A stretch of 63,760 nt of DNA, the filler included. It is 9 parts of 9 records of this genome, joined end to end, with 100 filler letters (N's around TTAATTAATTAA, not from the genome) between each part and the next. Parts side by side here need not be neighbours in the genome. Positions count along the whole stretch, not along the records: positions 16,023 to 32,253 come from SRR20825010_3463; positions 32,354 to 36,355 come from SRR20825010_3464; positions 36,456 to 44,093 come from SRR20825010_3466; 6 more parts are not named here. The stretch is one strand, 5' to 3'. Position numbers and translations under genes: made by a program. The stretch's first letter is position 1. Each line of letters begins with the position of its first letter. Shown piece after piece: positions 31,444-43,637 of this stretch. The notes beneath the pieces were generated by a model that worked only from the letters and a program-made list of their open reading frames with translations, was not told the DNA's origin and did not search any database.

Positions 31444-32253
31444 ATGATCCCGCGCTATTCCCGCCCCGAGATGGTCAAGATCTGGGAGCCCGAGAACAAA
31501 TTCCGCATCTGGTTCGAGATTGAGGCGCATGCCTGCGACGCACAGGCCGAACTCGGGGTGATCCCGAAGGAAGCCGCCAAGGCTGTCTGGGAACGCGGTA
31601 ATTTCGATATCGACCGGATCGACGCGATCGAGCGCGAGACCAAGCACGATGTCATCGCCTTCCTGACGAACCTTGCCGAATATGTCGGCGACGAAGCCCG
31701 CTTCGTGCATCAGGGAATGACCTCCTCGGACGTCCTCGACACCTGCCTTGCGGTGCAGCTCACCCAGGCGGCAGACCTGCTGCTGGCCGATCTCGACGCC
31801 CTGCTGGCGGCAATCAAGCGCCGCGCTTTCGAGCACAAGATGTCCCCGACCGTCGGGCGCAGCCACGGCATCCATGCCGAGCCGCTGACATTCGGCGTGA
31901 AGCTCGCCGGATATTATGCCGAGTTTGACCGTAACCGGGCACGGCTGCAGGCCGCACGGGCGGAAATCGCCACCTGCGCCATTTCCGGCGCCGTCGGCAC
32001 CTTCGCCAATATCGACCCGCGCGTCGAAGAGCATGTGGCCGAGAAACTTGGCCTCACCGCCGAGCCGGTTTCGACCCAGGTCATCCCGCGCGACCGGCAT
32101 GCGATGTTCTTTGCCACCCTCGGCGTCATCGCCAGCTCCGTCGAACGGCTGGCCACCGAGATCCGGCATCTGCAGCGCACCGAAGTCCGCGAAGCGGAGG
32201 AATATTTCTCGCCGGGCCAGAAAGGCTCGTCGGCCATGCCGCACAAGCGCAAT
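31444..32253 (+). CDS. purB: Adenylosuccinate lyase, 3'-truncated
   Basis: MIPRYS, HDVIAF, TSSDVLD, GRSHGIHAEP and GSSAMPHKRN. Confidence 0.97.
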
Positions 32254-32353
32254 NNNNNNNNNNNNNNNNNNNNNNNNNNNNNNNNNNNNNNNNNNNNTTA
32301 ATTAATTAANNNNNNNNNNNNNNNNNNNNNNNNNNNNNNNNNNNNNNNNNNNN
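32254..32353. other. Artificial contig linker
   Basis: Same 100-bp linker. Confidence 0.98.
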
Positions 32354-32582
32354 GAACCGGGTGGAAAAGGCCGGGGTTGATCACGCCATGCGCTATGCCG
32401 CAATTGGTGGACGCGACACAGTTGCGCAAAAACTGCGTGAATTTGCTGATATGACCAATGCCGATGAAATTATGGTCACGGCAAATATCTTTGATCAGGC
32501 TGCGCGTCGGAAATCATTTAAAATGGCCGCTGATTTGTTTAACGAAATGAACGCGCAAAGCAGCGCGCAAGATTGCGCGTAA
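32354..32582 (+). CDS. C-terminus of a luciferase-like (LLM class) flavin monooxygenase
   Basis: AIGGRDTVAQKL...TNADEIMVTANIFDQAARRKSF resembles YhbW-type C-termini. Confidence 0.75.
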
Positions 32583-32607
32583 GCCACACCACACACGCCA
32601 AAATACG

Positions 32608-32643
32608 AATGCCGGGTTCCTTCCGAACCCGGCATTTTCGTTT
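32608..32643 (+). terminator. Intrinsic terminator
   Basis: 12-bp stem AATGCCGGGTTC/GAACCCGGCATT followed by TTCGTTT. Confidence 0.85.
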
Positions 32644-32762
32644 CATCATACGAAATACCAACTCACACTACTTGCACTTGCATCCATGCTCGGACAATAT
32701 GCGCGTCCCGTCAGATTGTTGACGACAGTTCCTTTGTTTCAAAAGGTTATGGTGCGCCTTCC

Positions 32763-34337
32763 ATGAGCGATTTTTTGTTGGCAGCATTGCCGATTGCAAC
32801 AATCCTGTTTCTAATGATCAAAGCAAACTGGGGGGCTGCACGCGCGGGCGCTGCGGCCTGGTTTGTCACCGTCATCATCGCGGTGTTCTTCTTTGGCGCA
32901 CCAACCGAAATGCTCGTCATTGCGCAAGCCAAAGGCGTGATGCTGGCCCTTTATATTCTTTATATCGTTTGGGCGGCCTTAATCCTGTATTTTGCCGCCG
33001 AAGAAGCCGGCGCGATCAAGACAATTGGCCGTGCGATCCGATCCTTGACCGATGATCGCCCGCTTCAACTTCTGATCCTTGGCTATGTCTTTGCCAGCTT
33101 CCTGCAAGGGGTTGCCGGATTTGGTGTGCCGATTGCCGTGGTTGCGCCGATTTTGTTGGGCATGGGCTTTTCCCCGGTTCTGGCCGTGGCAGCCCCCATG
33201 ATCGGGCATAGCTGGTCGGTTTTGTTTGGCAATATGGCAACATCGTTCGAAGCCCTGATCGGTGTGACCGGCATTCCCGGCACCGAACTGACCCACTATT
33301 CCGCGATCCTTCTGGGATTATCTGGCTTTAGCTGCGGGGCTGCCGTTTTATGGCTTGATGGCGGGTACCGAACCGTGCGTCGCCGGATCGTGCCACTGGT
33401 TCTGATTTCCGGTGTGATGGGCATCGTTCAATATTGCATGGCCAATTACGGGGTCTGGACCCTTGGCGGTTTAACCGCCGGGATTGCGGGCCTTGTTACC
33501 TCGATCATTGTCACCCGGTTCTGGAAACCACATCCCGATGATATCGCCGAACAGGTTGCCGATGATCATCAGCATATGCCACTTCTCGAAGCACTCACCC
33601 CGTATCTGGTCTTCATTGTTCTGGTGACACTCGCGACCTTTGTTCCCGCCATTGAAATGCTGCTGGGCAAGATCCGCTTTACCCTCGACTTCCCGGAAAC
33701 CGTCACCTCGACCGGCTGGATCATTGAAGCCCAGAGTGCCAAGGCAATTGCTATTTTTGGTCATCCCGGTGCGCTGTTGCTCTATACCGCTGCGATCAGT
33801 TTCACATTCTTCAAACTCCGCGGACATTACGATAACGGCATTGGCAAACGCATCTGGCAACGTACGCTTAAAAGCGGCCTTCCGACCAGTATTGGCATGG
33901 TGCCCGTGATCGGGCTTGCCATTATCATGGATCATGCGGGCATGACCTATGCCTTGGCAGAAGGCGGTGCTGCGATCTTTTCGGGAAGCTTTGCGATTGC
34001 CTATCCGGTGATTTCGCCTGCCATTGGGGCACTGGGCGCTTTCATGACCGGAAGTACCAATAATTCCAACGTCGTGTTTGGCATGTTCCAGCGCCATACC
34101 GCCGAGCTTTCCGGGCTTTCGACCGCCCTTATTCTGGCGGCACAGGCAACGGGCGCATCTCTTGGCAGTATGTTGGCCCCTTCAAAAATCCTTGTCGGCT
34201 GCTCGACCGTCGGGCTTTCGGGTAAAGAAGGACCGGTGCTTTCGGTTGTCCTTAAAACGGGTGTGATCCTGACCGCCCTTTGCGGTTTCATGGCACTTGG
34301 AATGTTGCTGATCACGAACATGGTTGGAGGTGCGTAG
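32763..34337 (+). CDS. L-lactate permease (LctP family)
   Basis: FLQGVAGFGVPIA, GALGAFMTGSTNNSNVVFG and LILAAQATGA; polytopic membrane protein. Confidence 0.9.
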   Translation: MSDFLLAALPIATILFLMIKANWGAARAGAAAWFVTVIIAVFFFGAPTEMLVIAQAKGVMLALYILYIVWAALILYFAAEEAGAIKTIGRAIRSLTDDRPLQLLILGYVFASFLQGVAGFGVPIAVVAPILLGMGFSPVLAVAAPMIGHSWSVLFGNMATSFEALIGVTGIPGTELTHYSAILLGLSGFSCGAAVLWLDGGYRTVRRRIVPLVLISGVMGIVQYCMANYGVWTLGGLTAGIAGLVTSIIVTRFWKPHPDDIAEQVADDHQHMPLLEALTPYLVFIVLVTLATFVPAIEMLLGKIRFTLDFPETVTSTGWIIEAQSAKAIAIFGHPGALLLYTAAISFTFFKLRGHYDNGIGKRIWQRTLKSGLPTSIGMVPVIGLAIIMDHAGMTYALAEGGAAIFSGSFAIAYPVISPAIGALGAFMTGSTNNSNVVFGMFQRHTAELSGLSTALILAAQATGASLGSMLAPSKILVGCSTVGLSGKEGPVLSVVLKTGVILTALCGFMALGMLLITNMVGGA

Positions 34338-34338
34338 A

Positions 34339-34497
34339 ATGAAACAGAAATTGTTTAATCCGGTGTTTCTGGTTCTCGCCTCGATCATTCTACCGATCGC
34401 AGCGTTCGAGGCCTTTGCAATGGGCAGCAGTGCCGCAAGTGATATCCTGCTGGCCCTGTTTGCCGCCGTCATGGCACTGATCATTGCGGGTAATTAA
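34339..34497 (+). CDS. 52-aa two-helix small membrane protein (not in the ORF track)
   Basis: MKQKLFNPVFLVLASIILPIAAFEAFAMGSSAASDILLALFAAVMALIIAGN; GGAGGT lies 7 nt before the ATG, 1 nt after the permease stop. Confidence 0.75.
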   Translation: MKQKLFNPVFLVLASIILPIAAFEAFAMGSSAASDILLALFAAVMALIIAGN

Positions 34498-34524
34498 AAG
34501 CCCGCCGGTATCAAATACCGACGG
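34496..34524 (-). terminator. Probable terminator between the small gene and lysE
   Basis: CCGTCGGTAT-TTG-ATACCGGCGG hairpin followed by GCTTTT on the - strand. Confidence 0.6.
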
Positions 34525-34550
34525 ACCGGATCAGTTCGCCACCCCAATCC

Positions 34551-35183
34551 TTACGGGCGCAATACCGCCAGCTTGATGCCAAATGCAATAAACACCGCCC
34601 CCGTGGTTGCCTTGAGCGCGCGCTGAAAACGCCCGCTTGCCGCATAGCGGGTTAGCCGCGCCAACACCATGATCATGGCTCCGAACCAGATTGCATTGAT
34701 CGCGGCATGCACGCAGACCAGCATAAAGGCCGATCCAACCGCCCCCTCACCCACCGGGATGAATTGCGGGAAAGCTGCCAGATAAAAAATCGAAACTTTC
34801 GGGTTCAGCGCATTGGTTAAAAACCCTTCACCATATGCCACAACAAGCGTGCGCTTGCGTTTGGCCGGTGCCACTTCTGCAACCGTTTTCACACCGCGCC
34901 AGGCATCTCGCAATGCCTTGAACCCGACCCAGCAAAGATACGCTGCCCCCAGCAATTTCACGACCATGAAAGCCTGTGCCGACTGCACAAGAATGACCGA
35001 TATACCAAGGATCGAAAGCGTCCCGTGGATGTAGAAGGCCGTTACAAAGCCCGCCACATTGGCAAACCCGGCCGCACGCCCGGAAGTCGGGACGGTTTTG
35101 GCAATCAAAACACCATTGGGTCCGGGCGACATCACCAAAAGCGACGTCACAAGCGCAAAACTTAAAAACTGTGTCCAATCCAT
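34551..35183 (-). CDS. LysE/RhtB-family exporter
   Basis: SPGPNG, KLLGAAYL and GFLTNALNPKV. Confidence 0.94.
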   Translation of the reverse strand: MDWTQFLSFALVTSLLVMSPGPNGVLIAKTVPTSGRAAGFANVAGFVTAFYIHGTLSILGISVILVQSAQAFMVVKLLGAAYLCWVGFKALRDAWRGVKTVAEVAPAKRKRTLVVAYGEGFLTNALNPKVSIFYLAAFPQFIPVGEGAVGSAFMLVCVHAAINAIWFGAMIMVLARLTRYAASGRFQRALKATTGAVFIAFGIKLAVLRP

Positions 35184-35500
35184 CGGCGTGGCTCCATGGC
35201 AAGGTTCTTTATGAAACTATAAATGGATTGTAAAAACCGGCAAGGCCGCAATTGTCGCCATACATTGATGCAACTTTCATCTTTCCCGCCCTCGGATAAT
35301 GATAACTTTTGCGAAAACGATAAAGAATACCTGTGGTTCGCACTGGTCTTTATCGGTAACTTTACCGCAAGAAAACAAAGACATGACAAACAGTCATGCA
35401 TAAGCGGGACACTTAATTCCCACGCGTTTATCCCCCTGATGCATCACAGTGCGGCAGCCTGTTGCTGTTGCGCAATGATGCCTGCTGCCCAGATTTTGTG

Positions 35501-36355
35501 ATGCGTATAAAAAAAACCACCCTGATTGGATTGTTGTTTGGCTCGACGATTTTGGCTGCGTCTGGCGCCCATGCACAAACACTGGATGAACCCGAAAAAT
35601 GGGGCCCGCATATCGATCTTGAAGGCAAGGCCGGGACGGATCGAAACCTTGGCGAGACGGATCTGTTCATCCCGCTTTGGCAGGATGACGACACGCTGAG
35701 CTTTGGCAGCATACGCGCACGGATGGATGACAATAGCAGCCATGAGGGCAACTTTGGCCTTGGCATCCGTCAAATGCTGGATAATGGCTGGAATATTGGC
35801 GGATACGGGTATTTTGACCGCCGCCACAGCCCGTATGGCAATAAATTCAATCAGGTCACCGTCGGGGTCGAGGCCCTGTCTATGGATTGGGACTTTCGTG
35901 CCAATGGCTATGTTCCAGTTGGCACCACGAACTATATGGAAGACAGTCTGAGTACCGTCGATTTCTCCGGCGCGTCGATCATGTACTCCCAAGGCGAGGA
36001 ACGTGCCCTTCGCGGCTTTGACACCGAAATTGGCTGGCGTGTTCCGCTGTTTGATGCCGATGCAGGACAACAGCTCCGCGCCTATGCTGGCGGCTATCGG
36101 TTCACAGAAAAAAACGCCGATACGGTGCAAGGCCCGCGTGGGCGACTTGACCTGACGTTTGATGAGGTCCCCTTTCTGTGGGAAGGATCGCGTTTCTCGC
36201 TGGGGGCAGAAATCCAGCATGACGACCCGCGTGGTACCCAAGGTTTTGCCAGTTTCCGCCTGCGCATTCCATTACAGGGATTTGGTGACAGCCCGAAACC
36301 CAAACTTACCGCGATGGAACGGCGGATGACCGATCCGATCATACGCGACATTGAT
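35501..36355 (+). CDS. Inverse autotransporter (intimin/invasin-type) beta-barrel protein, 3'-truncated
   Basis: Signal peptide; EGNFGLGIR, GGYGYFD, DFRANGYVP, GFDTEIG and the RMTDPIIRDID end-of-barrel motif. Confidence 0.85.
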
Positions 36356-36455
36356 NNNNNNNNNNNNNNNNNNNNNNNNNNNNNNNNNNNNNNNNNNNNT
36401 TAATTAATTAANNNNNNNNNNNNNNNNNNNNNNNNNNNNNNNNNNNNNNNNNNNN
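36356..36455. other. Artificial contig linker
   Basis: Same 100-bp linker. Confidence 0.98.
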
Positions 36456-36494
36456 AGATATATGTGGGTGGATGTTTTTTTGATGGAATAAATT

Positions 36495-36719
36495 CTAAAA
36501 GATGGATTTCAAAATAGTATTTATTCCTTTAAAACAAAGATAAATAGCGCCAGCTGCGGCAATTATACCGAAGAAAAGAAATACGTAAAACATAAATGTT
36601 TCTTTGTTTAGAAATGACAGGGTTAGTAAATAAGGGGCTAAAAAAAGTAAGGGTAGTGCGAATGCCATATACTTTATTCCTTTTTTAAGTATTTCAATAT
36701 CTGTGTGTTCTTTACCCAT
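36495..36719 (-). CDS. Small 2-TM protein (DUF6095-like)
   Basis: HTDIEILKKGIK...LPLLFLAP...FKGINTILKSIF; overlaps the murQ end. Confidence 0.75.
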   Translation of the reverse strand: MGKEHTDIEILKKGIKYMAFALPLLFLAPYLLTLSFLNKETFMFYVFLFFGIIAAAGAIYLCFKGINTILKSIF

Positions 36720-37527
36720 TTTTAAAATTGTTTATAGCATTTCGTACATTTTTGTATTTCTCTATAAGTGTTTTTGCTTCTGTTTCTGAAATATTCAATT
36801 CACTCATAACCATTCGTACGCCACGATCTACTAGTTTGTTGTTGCTAAGCTGCATATCAACCATTTTATTTCCTTTAATTCTACCTAATTGAATCATTGC
36901 TGTTGTAGAAATCATATTTAGCACCAGTTTTTGTGCTGTTCCAGCTTTCATTCTAGAGCTACCAGTTACAAATTCGGAACCAACGGTTACAACTACAGGA
37001 TATTTTGCCGTGATAGCCAATGGGCTTCCTTCATTACCGCTAATACAACCTGTATAGATATTAGAATCGTTGCATTTTTTTAAAGCTTCAATCACATATG
37101 GTGTAGTCCCTGAAGCTGCAATGCCAATTACAATATCCTTTTCAGAAATATTTTCTTTTTGAAGATCTTCCCAGCCTTGACTTATAGAATCTTCCGCAAA
37201 TTCTACAGCTTTTCTAATTGCAATATCACCCCCAGCTATCAATCCAATAACCAAATCAAAAGGAACTCCAAAAGTAGGAGGGCATTCACTAGCGTCTACA
37301 ATTCCTAAACGACCACTGGTTCCAGCACCGATATAAAAAAGTCGTCCTCCGTTCTTTAGTTTTTCAACTACTTTTTCAGTTAATATTTCAATCTGAGGAA
37401 GTGCTTTTTCAACTGAAAAGGCAACTGTTTTATCTTCATTATTAATATTTTGAAGCAATTCAGAAACGGTCATTTTTTCTAAATGATTGTATTTTGAATC
37501 CGATTCTGTAGTTTTTATAAAAGACAT
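36712..37527 (-). CDS. murQ: N-acetylmuramic acid 6-phosphate etherase
   Basis: GAGTSGRLGIVDASECPPTFG, AASGTTPY, GSSRMKAGTAQK and GNKMVD. Confidence 0.96.
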   Translation of the reverse strand: MSFIKTTESDSKYNHLEKMTVSELLQNINNEDKTVAFSVEKALPQIEILTEKVVEKLKNGGRLFYIGAGTSGRLGIVDASECPPTFGVPFDLVIGLIAGGDIAIRKAVEFAEDSISQGWEDLQKENISEKDIVIGIAASGTTPYVIEALKKCNDSNIYTGCISGNEGSPLAITAKYPVVVTVGSEFVTGSSRMKAGTAQKLVLNMISTTAMIQLGRIKGNKMVDMQLSNNKLVDRGVRMVMSELNISETEAKTLIEKYKNVRNAINNFKNG

Positions 37528-37557
37528 TGATTACGTATTAAATTCTATAAACGAATG

Positions 37558-38355
37558 CTATTGCACGGTATAATTAAGCGTGGATATTTCTGAAATTCTA
37601 AAATAACCTAATGGATAATTAGAAGGGTTTGTTTTATTCACAATATTACCACGAACTGTGGCAGGTTGTGTCTCAAAAGGTCCGCCACCACCTTCTCCTT
37701 GTTGTAAAAGGATATACATAAAGTTATAAAATTGTTCATTAACTCCATACAATCTGAATGATACTTCATCCCCTGCAGCTAAATCTTCGGCTAAATATAA
37801 TCCGAAAATAGCATTGCCATCAAAAAAAACATCGTCATAGATATCTAAATGGTCGCCCCGTGCTGAAAATGCCTCAAAAAAATAGTAATCTCCTTCACCT
37901 AATGGATCTGTAAAAAATGCTTTAAGCTCAATATCTTCACCTGTAAAACCACCGTCATTTCTCTGCTCTATATATTCTAAAGGAACTACATTATAAAGTT
38001 GCTCTGTTGCTGTATAAATTTCGTCTTTATAGGTAATAGATAATGTATAATCTATATTTTCTTGAGGGATAAAAAAGGCGGAATATATTCCTTCATCTTG
38101 ATAATCAAAATTATAAACTACGTCATTTTCATCAGTTATAATTACGGTTGCATCCGAGACAAAAGATGTGTTATTGTTGAAAAAAGGCGCTGTCGTAGTT
38201 AATTTTATGTTTGAAGAAGCACTGCCGTCGCTACGTACGTTTATACTTGCTTCAACCACTAAACGTGGAGGAGCTTCGTTGAGTTCAACCTCTATAACAT
38301 CTTCACAGGAAGTAAATATTCCGAAGAAAATCACTATTAAAAATAATTTCTTCAT
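37558..38355 (-). CDS. DUF4249-like lipoprotein
   Basis: Lipobox FTSC-EDVI; RLVVEA; C-terminal RGNI...LGYF; directly follows a TBDR. Confidence 0.8.
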   Translation of the reverse strand: MKKLFLIVIFFGIFTSCEDVIEVELNEAPPRLVVEASINVRSDGSASSNIKLTTTAPFFNNNTSFVSDATVIITDENDVVYNFDYQDEGIYSAFFIPQENIDYTLSITYKDEIYTATEQLYNVVPLEYIEQRNDGGFTGEDIELKAFFTDPLGEGDYYFFEAFSARGDHLDIYDDVFFDGNAIFGLYLAEDLAAGDEVSFRLYGVNEQFYNFMYILLQQGEGGGGPFETQPATVRGNIVNKTNPSNYPLGYFRISEISTLNYTVQ

Positions 38356-38360
38356 ATTTT

Positions 38361-40721
38361 CTAAAATTTAAAATTATACGTTATGGAAGGGATTATACCA
38401 AAAATTGAAAGTCGAACCGCTTCATTTTGACCAATATCTGTGTTTTCTCTAAATGAAATTGAGGCCGCATTTTTTTTGTTATACGCATTATAAATACTAA
38501 AAACCCATTCGCCTTTCCAGCGTTTTGTACTTTCTGGTTTGGGTGTCCAGGTAGCAGATAAATCCATACGATGAAAAGGACTGAGCCTGCTACTATTGCG
38601 AGCTTCATAAACAGGTATTATAGCACCATTATACTCATATTGTGCTTCAGGATAAGTAGTTGGGCGACCCGTTTGAAAAATAAAATTTGCTCCGAACGAC
38701 CATTTTTTTGAATATTCATATTGCCCAGTAATTGAAAGGTCGTGTGTTTTATCCCAAGCTGAATTATACCATTCGCCATTATTAATACCACTTTCAGTTG
38801 ACGTTCTTCCAGGAGTTCGTTGTTCACTTTTTGAAAGTGTATATGCAATCCAGCCCTGAAATTTTCCTTTATTTTTTCTAAGGAGGAATTCCAAGCCATA
38901 AGCACGAGCTTCGCCAGTGAGTAATATTTGTTCTAAAGCATCATTTGCAATTAAATCTGCGTCGTCCACATAATCTAATCTGTTTTTTACTTCTTTATAA
39001 AAAGTTTCTATTTCTAACGAATAGTTTTTAAAATTTCTAAAATATCCCATCGCCACTTGATCTGCTAATTGCGGTTCTATGTATTTTCCGCTAGGCGCAT
39101 AAATATCAAATGGGGTGGGCGAAGTAGTATTGCTAATTAAGTGAACATACTGCGTCATTCGATTATAACTTGCCTTTATTGATGAATCATCATTCAATAA
39201 ATAAGAAATCGCTAGTCTTGGTTCTAAATTGGCAAAAGATTTTATAGTTTCACTTCTATCAAATGAAATAGTATCTATAGGTTTTACTTTTTGGTAAATA
39301 TCTAATTCTTGATTGTAAAATATTGGGTTGTCGTTTTCATATAAATACAATTCATCTTGTCCCAAACGATTAAAAGTTGAGAGCCTTAAGCCCGCTTGTA
39401 CTGTAATTTTATCAGAGATTTCAATGTCAGCATCTAAATACGCGGCGTTTTCCCAAGCGTATTTATCAGTTAGTTTGAATGGATTTATACCTGAATCTTC
39501 TGAAGTGGGGTTTACATCTCCAGGGTTAAATTTGTAATAAATACTATTTACTCCATAGCGTAAATCTATATTGTTTGAAAGAAAATGGGTGAAATCATAT
39601 TTCAAATTTAAGTTTTGAATTCCGCTGTCAAAATCGAAACCTACAAAATTTAACGCTAGTCCAAAATAATAATCGGAATAGATAAGTGATAGATTTGAAA
39701 ACAATTTATCAGAATAAAGATGATTCCATCGAAGGTTTAAAGTTGTATTTCCAAAGCTATTTGAAAAGCTATCTGAAATTTCAAAAACATCTCTTCCGAA
39801 GTAACCAGATAAATACAAACGGTTGTTATCATTAAGGTTATAGCTAAGTTTTGTATTCAAATCATAAAAATAAGCCACGTTATCATTATCAAATAAAGGC
39901 AGAAATAAATGTGCATAACTGCTACGACCACCTACCAAAAATGAAGCAGTATCTTTTTTAATTGGCCCTTCAAGTAACAGTCTGCTTGCAACAAGACCAA
40001 TACCACCCGTGGCATGATATTCACGCTTGTTACCATCTTTCTGGTAAATGTCTAAAACTGAAGAAATACGTCCGCCATAACGCGCGGGTATTCCACCTTT
40101 GTATAAGGTTAAATCTTTAATTGCATCTGGGTTAAAAACGGAAAAGAAACCAAATAAATGTGAAGAATTGTATAGTGTGGCTTCATCTAGCATGATTAAA
40201 TTTTGGTCTGCAGCACCGCCACGAACATTAAATCCGCTTGCGCCTTCACCCGCACTTGTTACGCCAGGAAGCATTGTAATTGCTTTTATAACGTCTACTT
40301 CACCTAAAACAACAGGGATTTTTTTGATTGTTGAACTTGAAAGTGTGTTGACGCTCATCTGCGCATTTCGAATGTTTAATTTTTCGGCATCAGCTTCAAT
40401 TACTACTTCGTCAAGACTTTCTGTATCGGTGGTTAATTCTAAGTCGTTTTTTACATTTTCAGAAAGTGAAACTTCAATTTTTTGCGTCGCAAAACCAATA
40501 CTGCTATAAACTATTTCATAATTTCCCTTCGGAAGTGTGATGGAATAGTAGCCGTATTGATTGGTTACAGTTCCAGTTTGCAACGATGGGATAATAACAT
40601 TTACTCCAAAAAGTGTTTCACCTGAAGAAGCTTCTGAAATTGTACCGCTAAGCGTAAATTTTTCTTGTGAAAAAGCAGAAATGCTTCCAATGAAGAGCAG
40701 AAAAAGGATAATTTTTTTCAA
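38361..40721 (-). CDS. TonB-dependent receptor with an N-terminal carboxypeptidase-regulatory-like domain
   Basis: TNQYGYYSITL, LGEVDV, GFNVRGG, YKGGIPARYGGR and the PSITYNFKF end; TTG start. Confidence 0.93.
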   Translation of the reverse strand: MKKIILFLLFIGSISAFSQEKFTLSGTISEASSGETLFGVNVIIPSLQTGTVTNQYGYYSITLPKGNYEIVYSSIGFATQKIEVSLSENVKNDLELTTDTESLDEVVIEADAEKLNIRNAQMSVNTLSSSTIKKIPVVLGEVDVIKAITMLPGVTSAGEGASGFNVRGGAADQNLIMLDEATLYNSSHLFGFFSVFNPDAIKDLTLYKGGIPARYGGRISSVLDIYQKDGNKREYHATGGIGLVASRLLLEGPIKKDTASFLVGGRSSYAHLFLPLFDNDNVAYFYDLNTKLSYNLNDNNRLYLSGYFGRDVFEISDSFSNSFGNTTLNLRWNHLYSDKLFSNLSLIYSDYYFGLALNFVGFDFDSGIQNLNLKYDFTHFLSNNIDLRYGVNSIYYKFNPGDVNPTSEDSGINPFKLTDKYAWENAAYLDADIEISDKITVQAGLRLSTFNRLGQDELYLYENDNPIFYNQELDIYQKVKPIDTISFDRSETIKSFANLEPRLAISYLLNDDSSIKASYNRMTQYVHLISNTTSPTPFDIYAPSGKYIEPQLADQVAMGYFRNFKNYSLEIETFYKEVKNRLDYVDDADLIANDALEQILLTGEARAYGLEFLLRKNKGKFQGWIAYTLSKSEQRTPGRTSTESGINNGEWYNSAWDKTHDLSITGQYEYSKKWSFGANFIFQTGRPTTYPEAQYEYNGAIIPVYEARNSSRLSPFHRMDLSATWTPKPESTKRWKGEWVFSIYNAYNKKNAASISFRENTDIGQNEAVRLSIFGIIPSITYNFKF

Positions 40722-40739
40722 ATGAATTTATTTTAGAGT

Positions 40740-40771
40740 AAAAAAAAACCTTCAGTAAATACTGAAGGTTT
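40740..40771 (-). terminator. Intrinsic terminator after icd
   Basis: AAACCTTCAGTA/TACTGAAGGTTT stem with a T-run on the - strand. Confidence 0.85.
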
Positions 40772-40788
40772 ATATAACGATTGGAGTT

Positions 40789-43041
<2,253 letters not shown>

Positions 43042-43051
43042 TTAAAGGACG

Positions 43052-43059
43052 CAAATATA
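43052..43059 (-). promoter_or_regulatory. Bacteroidota -7 element for icd
   Basis: TATATTTG 34 nt upstream of the ATG. Confidence 0.65.
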
Positions 43060-43125
43060 ACGATTTGGTGGAGCTTTTAAAAGGGAAGTGAGTGCTTAAT
43101 TGTTATTGAAACAACACTAATTTGT

Positions 43126-43335
43126 AAAAAAAGAAAAGCCATATCACTGTATAAATACATTGTGACATGGCTCCTTGTAAAGCAAACCGTTGCCAACTAT
43201 CTTAAACAATGTTAAGATTTTGAGCAAGTTTATTATACCCTTGCAGTTGTGGTTTACTTTGACGGGCTCTGTATCTTTCAAATAACAGAACCAAATGTTT
43301 TTTATTTCCCTTCGCATATACCCTTGGGTTATCAT
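43126..43335 (-). ncRNA. Candidate ~210-nt multi-hairpin RNA
   Basis: Four successive stems plus a terminator hairpin with a T-run (detailed in findings). Confidence 0.4.
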
Positions 43336-43586
43336 ACGGCAAGTATTAAAAAACGATAAAGTGTTTTCTTTATATTTTATAAAATCTAGAGGCTAGGATT
43401 TAGTGAATCCTTAGCCTCATCATAAATTAAAAAAACAATGTAAAAGAACGTTACTTTATTTTATCCAGTTTGGTTATTAACCCAAATTTGATACCGCTAA
43501 TATAGGTCTGAAAACTTAAACGGCACTCCTTTTTAGGGGGTTTAAAGTCAACAGTTTGCCAACAGGGGTTATAAACAAATGTTCAT

Positions 43587-43615
43587 AAAAAAAGCCCTGT
43601 AATTACAGGGCTTTT
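43587..43615 (-). terminator. Intrinsic terminator after rplS
   Basis: Palindrome AAAAGCCCTGTAATTACAGGGCTTTT with a T-run. Confidence 0.88.
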
Positions 43616-43637
43616 AAGAGTTTTCAACAAAGAAGGA

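Noticed and set aside
43144-43335. 63-aa ORF as a protein-coding gene
   Set aside because: No motif, and it overlaps successive RNA stems including the terminator; kept only as an alternative to the ncRNA reading.
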